Shown here: piece after piece, positions 18,697 through 27,603 of the stretch
Position numbering within the stretch: position 1 is the first letter of the stretch
Layout: every line of letters begins with the position of its first letter
IMG/VR virus record: IMGVR_UViG_3300031414_000007
Coordinates: 146,532-210,531 of that record
Length of the DNA stretch: 64,000 nt
Strand: one strand, 5' to 3'
From: a virus
Taxonomy: Duplodnaviria > Caudoviricetes
Notes under the pieces: generated by a model
Databases searched by the model: none
What the model saw: the letters and a program-made list of their open reading frames with translations, nothing else
Told to the model about the DNA's origin: nothing
Program-made: the position numbers and the translations under genes

Positions 18697-19771
18697 TCAG
18701 ATTGCGTAGCTGGTCGTTATACCCACCTTCGATTAGCGCTCGCGCCATTGCGACGTGGTTCGAGTTAATCGTCCGCACCACTTTAGCCTGATACTCAGGA
18801 ACGTTCTGCATGTTCTGACTCAGGTTGTAGAAGTAACTACGAACGAAGTTGGTTCGTTCCACGTTGCTCGCTTCCATATCGCTTGTGTCCTGCGTAGGAG
18901 TTAGCAGCAGGTAGAGCGCAGCAAGTAGTTCCGGACTCTGGTCAACTATAGGAGATACCAACGAGGCAGCAATCTTCGTCAGTCCTTTCGCAACAAAATC
19001 AACCACAGTCTTCTCGATGAACGCTGTACCAGCTTTACCTACGTTTGGCAAATACAAGCCAGGCAGGATGTAGATGCAGAAGTAAAGCGGAAAGTCTTTG
19101 CGCATCACGTCAGAGATAAGCATCTCCGAGTAGTCTTTCCAGATGTTGACGTTGAAGTGCCATTCATCGTAAGGCACGGTACGCATCAGGTTCGACACTG
19201 ACAGATCTTTCACTTGGTTCGCCTGAGATGCAAGATCGCGAGCGCTTTGCGAAGGGCCAAGATTCGAACTTGATACCAGCTGGACGTAGTTGCGTGTAAC
19301 AGCACCAACAGTGTTGTACACAACGTTCAGCATTTCAACACCATTACCGTTCAGTGCAAAGATAACCGAACGAGGAAGACCGATAGTGATGTACTCGTTA
19401 TTATTGTCAACGCCCCACAAGCGCCAGTAACGCCCGCGACCGAGTTGAGTCATCGGCTGCGGGAGAATACGATTAGCGCGAGGTTTCAGGCAGAACGTGA
19501 AGCAGATACCGCTGTCAATCATGATCACTGAATCATCAGGACGATTCGAATAACCCATCGACATATCGTTATCCGTCGAGTACACGTTCACCAGAGTGAA
19601 GTTCAGCGACTTGGTGAAAGGCATCTGAGCTTCAATCAAATAGGCGAGGACTTGACGAATGATAGTATCAAGCACATAAGGAGAAGCGCTACGCATTTGT
19701 TGTGGCCGATACTGACCACCATACGTATTCTCCTTAAATGTGCGATCTACCTTGAAATGCGTTAACGCCAT
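18665..19771 (-). CDS. Hypothetical protein (late cluster)
   Basis: 368 aa, coupled to the upstream gene. Confidence 0.6.
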   Translation of the reverse strand: MALTHFKVDRTFKENTYGGQYRPQQMRSASPYVLDTIIRQVLAYLIEAQMPFTKSLNFTLVNVYSTDNDMSMGYSNRPDDSVIMIDSGICFTFCLKPRANRILPQPMTQLGRGRYWRLWGVDNNNEYITIGLPRSVIFALNGNGVEMLNVVYNTVGAVTRNYVQLVSSSNLGPSQSARDLASQANQVKDLSVSNLMRTVPYDEWHFNVNIWKDYSEMLISDVMRKDFPLYFCIYILPGLYLPNVGKAGTAFIEKTVVDFVAKGLTKIAASLVSPIVDQSPELLAALYLLLTPTQDTSDMEASNVERTNFVRSYFYNLSQNMQNVPEYQAKVVRTINSNHVAMARALIEGGYNDQLRNLIEYLGLTKAD

Positions 19772-21060
19772 TACTTGACCGACTGTTTCAGCAGGCGTTT
19801 CTGTTGCGGGTTCAGGCCCATAACATCTGCAATCTCGTCGATCTTACGCAGAGTCAGGACGCCTTTCGCAGTACCACCAGAACCGGTCAGAGAGATCTTA
19901 ATGAACTCACGACCGTTACGGCCGCTGACCATCTGATGCACAACGCTGTTCTTACCACCACGTCCTGCACGAAGCGCAGTAGAGGCCATGCCCAGGATTT
20001 CAGTAACAGCTTCTTTCTTCTCGGTCGGGCTGAGGCCAGGAACGAGACGCACATACAGGCTATCATTCTGAACACGCACGTTGTCGAAGATTTCTTTCTT
20101 ACGACCGCGAATTGTGTGCTGTTGCAGACCCAGCGTAGTGGTATCACGCAGGTTCTGAGTAGAACGGTTGATTGGCTTACGCTCACTGTAGTTCAGGAAG
20201 CCGTCGAGAGCCATCAGGTGGTTGATGGTACGCTTCATTTCAGGAGCAGTAGCAATCTGACGACCCATCGGGAAGCTACCTGGAACTTTCTCGTCAACGA
20301 TTGACGTCAGGAAGTTTTCGCTGATACCGTTAGCGACCGCGATTGTGGTAGACAGTACCAGAGCATAGTTCGGGTAGTGCATACCGTCAGAGTTCACGAA
20401 GTTGTCGATGAACACATAGGTCTGGAAACAGATCGGGTCAGTACCGGACGCGATGAAAGTACGAGTACGAATCTTCGAATAGTCTTCTTTATTCAGAATC
20501 TTCGACAGGTAGTTGGCGATGGTTGCAGCCAACTTGGTATGTTCTTTCGGCGCGCCGTTTTTAACGTCGATGCTCATGAGCTTAACCAGTTTGGTCTGCT
20601 GGTCTTTTGCCTGAGTAATAACGTTGAGCAGAGACTTAGCGGCTGCGTTCTGATCTTTGAATGCGCTGAAAGTCTTGCTGTTAAGAATCTGGTAGGCAAC
20701 GGACAGTTCACCAATTGCCTGAGACAGTTGGCTTACCTGCTGGTTGTATTGAGCTTTGCTCTTAACGTCAGAAATATCGATCTTAGACAGGTCGATAACT
20801 TGGTTCAGGTCAATCGCTTTTGCCTGTTTGCCTTTGATTGAGCCTTCGATATCGGAAAGTTCGATGGCCTTAGCGCTGACGGACAGGAGTTTCTGCGGGA
20901 TTGTAACTGACGTGGCGTTTGCGATAACTTTATCGAGTACGTTACGGAACTCTTTCGCTGTGCGGGCACCACGTAAGGCAGTCATGTTCCCAGAGCTATA
21001 GTCAACAGATGCGCTGATACTGCTAACTTCATTGTTTTTGGCAGTCTTAGCCATGATCAT
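19771..21060 (-). CDS. Probable virion structural protein
   Basis: 429 aa, CTAATTT motif upstream, N-terminal VSSISAS motif. Confidence 0.55.
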   Translation of the reverse strand: MIMAKTAKNNEVSSISASVDYSSGNMTALRGARTAKEFRNVLDKVIANATSVTIPQKLLSVSAKAIELSDIEGSIKGKQAKAIDLNQVIDLSKIDISDVKSKAQYNQQVSQLSQAIGELSVAYQILNSKTFSAFKDQNAAAKSLLNVITQAKDQQTKLVKLMSIDVKNGAPKEHTKLAATIANYLSKILNKEDYSKIRTRTFIASGTDPICFQTYVFIDNFVNSDGMHYPNYALVLSTTIAVANGISENFLTSIVDEKVPGSFPMGRQIATAPEMKRTINHLMALDGFLNYSERKPINRSTQNLRDTTTLGLQQHTIRGRKKEIFDNVRVQNDSLYVRLVPGLSPTEKKEAVTEILGMASTALRAGRGGKNSVVHQMVSGRNGREFIKISLTGSGGTAKGVLTLRKIDEIADVMGLNPQQKRLLKQSVK

Positions 21061-21090
21061 CCTCTACTGGGTCTAGTAATCATATCGAAT

Positions 21091-21099
21091 AAAAATTAG
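21091..21099 (-). promoter_or_regulatory. CTAATTTTT late-type box
   Basis: Intergenic, before 21060. Confidence 0.6.
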
Positions 21100-21167
21100 C
21101 GACTCAGGCGTGTTTTGTCCGATATAGTGTTCGCACTGACTTTACAAATTTTGGTCGCTATAGACGC

Positions 21168-21197
21168 AAAAAGGGGCAGCCGAAGCCACCCCTTTTT
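21168..21197 (-). terminator. Intrinsic terminator after the H1-like gene
   Basis: GGGGTGGC-TTCG-GCTGCCCC followed by TTTTT. Confidence 0.8.
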
Positions 21198-21229
21198 GTT
21201 TCGTAGTAATGTCTTACCGACCAGGTCGA

Positions 21230-21907
21230 TTAAACAGTTACTTTACCTTTTTTCTTGGTCTTTGCTGCTTTTTTCGCGCCGGCTTTCTGAGCTGCGGTAC
21301 CTTTGTGGTGTACCTGCTTCTGGGTAGTTTCTTTACCCTTTTTCAGACGCGGCAGCGGTTTCAGCTTCGGCTTAACCAGAGTTACTGCTTTCGGAGCGAC
21401 TTTCGGCGTTACCAGTTTGCCGTCTTTGATCATCGGCTTACGAGCTTTACGCGCGGCCAGACGAGCTTTCTGCTTCGCAACCAGGTTGCGGTAGCCGGCT
21501 TTCTGTTTGGCTTTCAGGTTGCTCAGAGCGATGGTCTGACGTTTCAGCAGCAGCTTACGTACCGCGCCCTGAGAGCTTGCGGTAGTTTTCAGGCCGGCCT
21601 GATATTTAGCCAGACGCTCTTTCAGACGCTGTTCGATAGACTTCGCTTTGCCTTTAGCTTTCTGCTTACGCAGGTGCGTGGCGCGCTCGTTGTCGAACTT
21701 TTTGTCCGCAGTGGTTTTCTTCGCAGCAGGCTTTTTAGCTTTAGCAGCTTTCGGAGCCTTTGCAGCTTTAGGTGCTTTCGCAGCCTTAGGCGCTTTGGTG
21801 GTTTTCGCCTTTTTGGTACCAGTAGCTTTGGTAGCTTTCGCTTTCTTAGCTTTGGAACCGCCTTTAACCGGATCGGTCGGAGATGCAAGTTTGCGTTTTA
21901 CGGCCAT
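21230..21907 (-). CDS. Histone H1-like Lys/Ala-rich DNA-binding protein
   Basis: 225 aa, extremely basic, (KAPKAA)x3 plus KKPAAKK; has its own promoter motif and terminator. Confidence 0.7.
   Translation of the reverse strand: MAVKRKLASPTDPVKGGSKAKKAKATKATGTKKAKTTKAPKAAKAPKAAKAPKAAKAKKPAAKKTTADKKFDNERATHLRKQKAKGKAKSIEQRLKERLAKYQAGLKTTASSQGAVRKLLLKRQTIALSNLKAKQKAGYRNLVAKQKARLAARKARKPMIKDGKLVTPKVAPKAVTLVKPKLKPLPRLKKGKETTQKQVHHKGTAAQKAGAKKAAKTKKKGKVTV
21743..21796 (-). repeat. Three tandem 18-bp coding repeats (KAPKAA)
   Basis: Codons 38-55 of the H1-like ORF. Confidence 0.8.
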
Positions 21908-21972
21908 GATTATATCCTCAAGTTACAATTGAACTTTCGTCCTGTGGACATTAAGTTTTGAAATCAGCATGT

Positions 21973-21981
21973 AAAAATTAG
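21973..21981 (-). promoter_or_regulatory. CTAATTTTT late-type box
   Basis: Intergenic, before the H1-like gene. Confidence 0.55.
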
Positions 21982-22023
21982 TATATTCCCTAATACTTTC
22001 GTCAGGAATTTTCCTAAATCTTT

Positions 22024-23097
22024 TTACATAGCAGCATACCCTATTTCAGATAACACCGCGTTAAGTTCCTTGCGAGCACGGATGCGCAAGGACTTTTTAA
22101 TCCCAGAAGCCTTCAGGTAATCCTTTAGGCCATCTCGTGGGTCAATGTCCGCAAGCGCCAGCTCACTAACATCAACTGTATCTATATTATCGAGATCGAC
22201 ACGTTTATTCGTGGAATTTATTTGGGAAATGTTTGGGACGCGAGTACGGATATCTGCTGGGATCGACACGGTATCTTTAACAACAAGACGGTAGCGAATC
22301 GCAGGGTTTACTTCCAGACGTGACCAGTCTTTCTGATTTTCAATTGCAACTGTTTCCAATCTAAACCCAGGCTTGCTGTCAACAAACTTCTGTTGTACCA
22401 CCAGCTCACCTTTCTTATAATGCACACGGATATGAATGAATCCTTTCGGCAGTGCTTCGCCAAACGTTTTCTGATACGGCGACCCGCAGTAAGTGAAACG
22501 TTTCTTTTCCAGAACCTGATGCAGGTGGATGTGTCCGCTGATTGTATAATCACGCGGGTCTACTTTGATATCCTTCTTTGTTTTAAGAGGGCGTCCGTTA
22601 TCGCCAAGCGCGCCTACAGCTTCAACGTGACAGAAGTTGAGGCAAGGCTTCTTATGCTTGATGCTTTCTTTCGCAGGGTGTGGCAGGAAGTTAACAACGA
22701 TGCCGTCAATCTCAACCTGCTTTGGTCGGAGATAGATATGCAACGACTTGAGGAAGTCCCATTCGCAGAATGTCTTGATCAAGTCCATGCTGGTGCTCGA
22801 CATATCGGCCCAGTCGTGGTTGCCACCACAGTACCACGTTTCGATAACGCCTTCGTATTTGAGGAAGAACTGGAGCAGCTTGCGCTTTGTCTCGTCATCC
22901 ATTTTAAACTTGTCGGTTATGTCACCAGGAACAAAGATGTGACGAATGCCATGCTCTACAGCGTACTGATAAATACGGTCGATCGTTTCAAGCTGACGGT
23001 CAACGTGATCAGTAGGGAAATGATTAGCAAGCCCCTCGAAGTGCCAGTCAGCGGTCACCAGAGCCTCTAACATCTCAGATACTTTTTTCTTTTTCAT
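22024..23097 (-). CDS. sbcD: SbcD/Mre11-like nuclease subunit
   Basis: Motifs DWH, GDITD, GNHD, H, GHIH. Start moved to ATG 23097 because a promoter motif and terminator lie inside the track's N-terminal extension. Confidence 0.9.
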   Translation of the reverse strand: MKKKKVSEMLEALVTADWHFEGLANHFPTDHVDRQLETIDRIYQYAVEHGIRHIFVPGDITDKFKMDDETKRKLLQFFLKYEGVIETWYCGGNHDWADMSSTSMDLIKTFCEWDFLKSLHIYLRPKQVEIDGIVVNFLPHPAKESIKHKKPCLNFCHVEAVGALGDNGRPLKTKKDIKVDPRDYTISGHIHLHQVLEKKRFTYCGSPYQKTFGEALPKGFIHIRVHYKKGELVVQQKFVDSKPGFRLETVAIENQKDWSRLEVNPAIRYRLVVKDTVSIPADIRTRVPNISQINSTNKRVDLDNIDTVDVSELALADIDPRDGLKDYLKASGIKKSLRIRARKELNAVLSEIGYAAM

Positions 23098-23126
23098 CAA
23101 TACAATCCACGAGTTTCTTTGACTGC

Positions 23127-23135
23127 TATTTACAG
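23127..23135 (-). promoter_or_regulatory. CTGTAAATA box upstream of sbcD
   Basis: Exact motif between the terminator and ATG 23097. Confidence 0.7.
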
Positions 23136-23145
23136 AATCAAAATG

Positions 23146-23171
23146 AAAACGGGCAGCATAAGCCACCCGTT
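23146..23171 (-). terminator. Intrinsic terminator
   Basis: CGGGTGGC-TTAT-GCTGCCCG followed by TTTT. Confidence 0.75.
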
Positions 23172-23175
23172 AGGT

Positions 23176-25062
23176 TTACTTCATTTTAGCGAGGCGTTCA
23201 CGACGTGCTTTAGCTTCCTCACGCATGTAGACGGCTTCTTCTTTTGCTTCTGCAAGAGCTATTTCAAGCGCACGATCACAGATGGCTTGAATTACATGCT
23301 CCGGAGATTCACTTGGCTCAACCAGAAAATTACCGCTACGCGATAGCACCTCAGTATCAGGATAGAGTTCCTCTCTGGCCTGAGTTATACACAGCTCCTC
23401 GTCGATGCGGTAGATTAACGTGGCCAGCTCGGTCTTCTTGAACTTGTTCTCCTTACGCTCAAACAGAGGACGCAGTTTAGGGTGGAAGTCTCTGCGAGCA
23501 TCAATAGCCACATACTTCCACCCATCAAATACCTTCTGCGCACATTCATAGTAGCGAGCATCTACACTGTCCTTGTATCGCTCAAGGCTTGCGCGTGTTG
23601 CAGCAGGGCAGATAGGAGACATGTTGGCGAGTGAGCCGATGGCGGGAGCAAGCACGTACTCGTCTCTATAGCTATCACCTACCACGTATTCTTCGTCTAC
23701 ATATTTGGTCTGCACTTCGCCTGTATTAACGCGGCACGCATTGTACCAGAATGCACTTTCAGGATTTTTGGTATACTTAACGAACGACCAAATCTGCGAG
23801 AGTGCGGCAGGATATGACCAGTTCTGGATGTTCTCTTCCCTGTTTCCGTAGAAGTCCACATCACCAAGATTCGCGTCCAAGAAGTTCTGACGTTTTGTGT
23901 GAGGCAGCTTGTCAATGAAGATTTCCATAGCTCTAGGCCTATGCGTCAGGTACTGCCACAACTTGATCACAGTCGGGTCTTCAACACCAAGTGTATCAAA
24001 AACTATATCGAGATAGTCGCCGAACTCTTGGTAGTGTTTATTCACAAGCAGCTCGGTAGCGGTGCGCACATAAAACATAGGCTGCCCCCACTTCTCACGC
24101 GCGAGCGCAAGAGCAATGCTCGGATATCGGTCCATATAACTCCGTGCAATGTCTTCTCCGTCTTTAGTGCGCTTTGCAGCAATCAAACGTTTAACAAACG
24201 TGTTGACGTCACCATGAATAAGAGGACTTTCGAGATCATAGTCAAACTCCTCCCAGCGGCGATCTGGATAGAGCTTGCTGCTTAGTTCGTATATGCCTTT
24301 ACGTTCAGTTGTTGCTAGGAACGGATTGATGTGCTCGTCAAGCCACTCCTGCAGCACGTGGACGAAAGGCATCTTAGCATCAGGATAGGCAAACTCGACC
24401 AGATAAAGAGCGTTCACCTTTTCAGAGCCTACGAATCGATCGGACGCTTTAATCTTAGCCTTCTTCTCAAAGTAAGGCTTAGCTAGGCAGCGACCAATAG
24501 GCTTGTTGATGTTCTTGTCTGATGGGTCAATCAGATAGGCAACCAGAGTACCACCAGCGATATCCTGTTTGACATACTTCTTGTTCGAACCTGTCTTCAC
24601 GTTCATGCAGCTAACCCAACCACGATCGGTGGACATACCTGCAATGTCGTATGGGTGCATTGAGATACAAATGAGTTGACGATTACGCGTAGCATTCACA
24701 ATAGACTTACGGTTCGGGTCAGAGTCGAACATCTTTTTGAGTTCTGGATTGTTCGACAACACACGACCAATCTTAACGATTCGACCATGCTTGTCCTTTC
24801 CTGCACCTGTCAGGTAATCGACGAGAACAATATCTTTCTCTGCCAGCGCGTCTACGATCTGAATCGGCGGCTTGACGTTTTGCGCAACGTTTTTGATCAC
24901 GTTGTCGCTCTTTGCGTCTATATAGATACGCATGGCCTTGTGGCCTTTCTTACCGCTAATCTTTTCGAAAAGATTGAGCAAAGTCGTATTAGGCTTCCAA
25001 CCTTTTCTGTACTTGCGGTACAACGAAGGAGGGAGAGCGGACAGACTGACTTGAATTTCCAT
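23176..25062 (-). CDS. Tagged probable virion/internal protein of unknown function
   Basis: 628 aa, starts MEIQVSLSA, CTAATTT upstream; motif SMHPYDIAGMSTDRGWVSCM. Confidence 0.6.
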   Translation of the reverse strand: MEIQVSLSALPPSLYRKYRKGWKPNTTLLNLFEKISGKKGHKAMRIYIDAKSDNVIKNVAQNVKPPIQIVDALAEKDIVLVDYLTGAGKDKHGRIVKIGRVLSNNPELKKMFDSDPNRKSIVNATRNRQLICISMHPYDIAGMSTDRGWVSCMNVKTGSNKKYVKQDIAGGTLVAYLIDPSDKNINKPIGRCLAKPYFEKKAKIKASDRFVGSEKVNALYLVEFAYPDAKMPFVHVLQEWLDEHINPFLATTERKGIYELSSKLYPDRRWEEFDYDLESPLIHGDVNTFVKRLIAAKRTKDGEDIARSYMDRYPSIALALAREKWGQPMFYVRTATELLVNKHYQEFGDYLDIVFDTLGVEDPTVIKLWQYLTHRPRAMEIFIDKLPHTKRQNFLDANLGDVDFYGNREENIQNWSYPAALSQIWSFVKYTKNPESAFWYNACRVNTGEVQTKYVDEEYVVGDSYRDEYVLAPAIGSLANMSPICPAATRASLERYKDSVDARYYECAQKVFDGWKYVAIDARRDFHPKLRPLFERKENKFKKTELATLIYRIDEELCITQAREELYPDTEVLSRSGNFLVEPSESPEHVIQAICDRALEIALAEAKEEAVYMREEAKARRERLAKMK

Positions 25063-25089
25063 TGGGGATCTCTGTGTTCGGGTGATGAT

Positions 25090-25098
25090 AAAAATTAG
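25090..25098 (-). promoter_or_regulatory. CTAATTTTT late-type box
   Basis: Intergenic, before 25062. Confidence 0.6.
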
Positions 25099-25120
25099 CG
25101 TAGAAACGACAAACGCCCCT

Positions 25121-25630
25121 TCAGGAGCGTCTATTGAATTTTAGCCAGTCTTTCCACCAATACGTAACGGGCTTGTTTTGCTTGAGCGCGTAGTCAATAC
25201 AGTTCTGTGTTCCTGATGGTGCACCACAACATAATGAAATCAGACGATCTGTTTCATCAACCATGTAGTGATTGCGTTTGTTGAGTGCGAAGCCTGCTTG
25301 ACCGTCCATGTGAAGCCAGTCTTCTTTTGATGTGACTATTCTTACTTCGTGGCTTTTATTAAGAAGACCGTCAAGTTCAATCACGCTACTGATTGGCCAG
25401 CGAGCATTGAACCCAGGATAAGGTAGACAGGAAACAACTTTATGTCCTTGGGATATTGCGGCAGTCGCTACAGCCATATCAAAGCCAAGAGCGCACCCGA
25501 CGTAGATGATTGCATCGTCGTCCAGTGCGAGTAATCTGCGATGTGCGAAAGTATACAGGCGATCTTTTGCCTTAGGGCTGAATCCACCCAACGATTGTGG
25601 GCGATGACCAGTGAAGGATATCTTTTCCAT
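25121..25630 (-). CDS. SLOG-superfamily (YspA/DUF1273-like) nucleotide-binding protein
   Basis: ISFTGHRP, GCALGFD, RNHYMVD, SGTQNCIDYA match the YspA-like SLOG pattern. Confidence 0.8.
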   Translation of the reverse strand: MEKISFTGHRPQSLGGFSPKAKDRLYTFAHRRLLALDDDAIIYVGCALGFDMAVATAAISQGHKVVSCLPYPGFNARWPISSVIELDGLLNKSHEVRIVTSKEDWLHMDGQAGFALNKRNHYMVDETDRLISLCCGAPSGTQNCIDYALKQNKPVTYWWKDWLKFNRRS

Positions 25631-25636
25631 ACAGAG

Positions 25637-25645
25637 TATTTACAG
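25637..25645 (-). promoter_or_regulatory. CTGTAAATA box upstream of the SLOG gene
   Basis: Exact motif only 6 nt from the ATG. Confidence 0.6.
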
Positions 25646-25669
25646 AAGCACGTCCGTGTGCCGATACAA

Positions 25670-26035
25670 TTAGACCGTTACTTCGAGGTCATGATCGCCT
25701 GAGTTCCATACGAGTTCGCGGATGTTACGAGGCATGATGATACAACCCGAAGAGGCAGTACCCGGAGCCTTGATGCTATCGCCGTGCATCTGAAATGCAG
25801 AGCGACCGAACATCTCGTTCTCTTTTGCAGGAGTCAGGTCCATAGCATACGGTCCTGTCTTCTGGCTGGTACGAGGTTTGTTCAGAGTGTAGCGTCCCAC
25901 AGGCAAAGGGCCCATGCCAACTACGTTCTGAGACTCGTGTTTGTTTTTGTGTTCGCCTTTACCTGCATAGCCACGAGCGACCAGCTGGTGTTGAGCGTTG
26001 AACAGTTCACCTGTCGTTTGTTTATAAATCCACAT
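25670..26035 (-). CDS. DUF2778/Tlde1-like L,D-transpeptidase-fold protein
   Basis: GPLPVGRY, GRSAFQMHGD, ASSGCI (catalytic His...Cys). Start set at ATG 26035 after AAGGAG. Confidence 0.75.
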   Translation of the reverse strand: MWIYKQTTGELFNAQHQLVARGYAGKGEHKNKHESQNVVGMGPLPVGRYTLNKPRTSQKTGPYAMDLTPAKENEMFGRSAFQMHGDSIKAPGTASSGCIIMPRNIRELVWNSGDHDLEVTV

Positions 26036-26075
26036 ACGATGCTCCTTACATTTTGATGTGGTTTTCAACTAAAGT

Positions 26076-26108
26076 AAAAATGGGCCAACACCTTTCGATG
26101 TAAGCCCA
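26076..26108 (-). terminator. Intrinsic terminator after the ART-like gene
   Basis: TGGGC...GAAA...GCCCA followed by TTTTT. Confidence 0.6.
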
Positions 26109-26117
26109 AGATCACGA

Positions 26118-26627
26118 TCATTCCTTAATCATCTTGACGCGTGTGTGATCAAAGATGCCGAAGGTAGGCACATCGTTGTGCTCACCCTCATTACCTTTAA
26201 TCGAGTCATACCCAGCAAGTTTGAGTATCTTGCTGATCTCGGTATACTCGTCCCACCACATATAAACCCTTTTGTGTTGCGATGAAGGGATTAGGTTGTT
26301 GAGCGCGTCTAATCGTTTGACAAGAGTTATCGCCTCATCTTTGCCTACCAAATGCAACTGGAAGGCTTCCATGATAAGTTGTTTAACCCTTCTATAAATC
26401 TCAGCGAACTTTACTTCCGTCCACAGAGAACGGAACTTCAAGGTAGCATAGTGACCAGGGTCCGCATGAAACTTGTAGAGACGCCCACCTTCTGCGTACA
26501 GTTCGGCATACGCACGATCTGGAGTTACCCAAGTCATGTGTTGCTTCTTCGCACGTTCCTCATTCCAGTCTTCTGCAAGACCTCGATAGTAGGTGGTGGG
26601 CGCACTCAGACTGACAAAGATCTGCAT
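26118..26627 (-). CDS. Tagged ADP-ribosyltransferase-like protein
   Basis: Starts MQIFVSLSA; YYRG...WVTPDRAYAELYA...GYDSIK..E...FGIFD resembles ART-fold strands. Confidence 0.5.
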   Translation of the reverse strand: MQIFVSLSAPTTYYRGLAEDWNEERAKKQHMTWVTPDRAYAELYAEGGRLYKFHADPGHYATLKFRSLWTEVKFAEIYRRVKQLIMEAFQLHLVGKDEAITLVKRLDALNNLIPSSQHKRVYMWWDEYTEISKILKLAGYDSIKGNEGEHNDVPTFGIFDHTRVKMIKE

Positions 26628-26630
26628 CTG

Positions 26631-27593
26631 TTACCAGTTGGTGTCTTTGATATTCGACTCGCCCAGAGCACGTTTGAAAGAGTCAGGCGTCAGGCCGTAT
26701 TTAGCCATATCAGATTTCTTAACCACCAGCTTCTGACCACGCTTGTTGGTAAAGACGCCTTTGCCTTTCTCAACAGTACCAGTCCACCCAGCAGCAGAAG
26801 TGATAGGCTTACCGCCATTCAGTTCTTTCAGCATACGCTTGGACATACGCGTATCTTTATCCCACTGCTTGGACTGACCTGCCAGATGCTTGTTTGCCGC
26901 ATCATCAATCTGGCCAGGAGTTCTGTGGCGAGTACCGCCGGTCAGAGCTTTTTCGCGTTGAGCTTTGATGGCTTTCTTCTTCTCAGGAGTGAACGCACCA
27001 GTAATAGCACCTTTCATTTTCTTGATAGGAGCTTTAGCCGCAGCTTTGGTTGTGGTCTTGCTGCCCAGCGCGTCGAAAGCGGCTTCTTTAACAAACTTAG
27101 GCTTGAATGCACCACGTTTGCCTGTGATACCAAACTCGGTCAGCTTAGTGCTACGAATCTGTTTAAGCGCAGCAGCAGAGCCAACACCTGTTTTAATGTC
27201 AGCAGCAGACAGAGGCAGATTCAGTCCACCAAGACCATGTTTCTTGGCGTGAGAGTTCGCTTCACGAATCAGAGCTTTCGCCTGTTTAATGTCTGCGGTA
27301 GCTTTGGTCTTCTCAGTCTTGCGAGTTTCCATCAGCGCAGTACGCTTAGGACCTTTAGCAGTCTGACGCGCTTTGGTGGAAGCAGTATTCGATTTGATGC
27401 TGGCGGTGATGCCAGAGACTGCGGCAGTTTTAGCTTTCTTCAACAGACCGAGAACAGCTTGCAGTTCTGCTTTCTTCGCGGAGTTAACAACCAGAGTCTG
27501 AACGCCACCGACTTTAGCGATCTTGTACGAAGGTTTCTTTGCGGCAGACTCGGACGCTACAGTCTGCTCAACGTTGATTTTGATAAGTGCCAT
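26631..27593 (-). CDS. Basic Lys/Ala-rich probable internal virion protein
   Basis: Start set at ATG 27593 (MALIKINVEQTVASESAA), which removes the overlap with the upstream gene. Confidence 0.6.
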   Translation of the reverse strand: MALIKINVEQTVASESAAKKPSYKIAKVGGVQTLVVNSAKKAELQAVLGLLKKAKTAAVSGITASIKSNTASTKARQTAKGPKRTALMETRKTEKTKATADIKQAKALIREANSHAKKHGLGGLNLPLSAADIKTGVGSAAALKQIRSTKLTEFGITGKRGAFKPKFVKEAAFDALGSKTTTKAAAKAPIKKMKGAITGAFTPEKKKAIKAQREKALTGGTRHRTPGQIDDAANKHLAGQSKQWDKDTRMSKRMLKELNGGKPITSAAGWTGTVEKGKGVFTNKRGQKLVVKKSDMAKYGLTPDSFKRALGESNIKDTNW

Positions 27594-27603
27594 TTTGGGT
27601 TCC

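Noticed and set aside
23098-23166. Track N-terminal extensions (sbcD here; likewise 14638, 27656, 40763, 45712, 52434, 52783, 54815, 56672, 57305)
   Set aside because: They run across terminators, promoter boxes or neighbouring genes; downstream starts have RBSs and were used instead.
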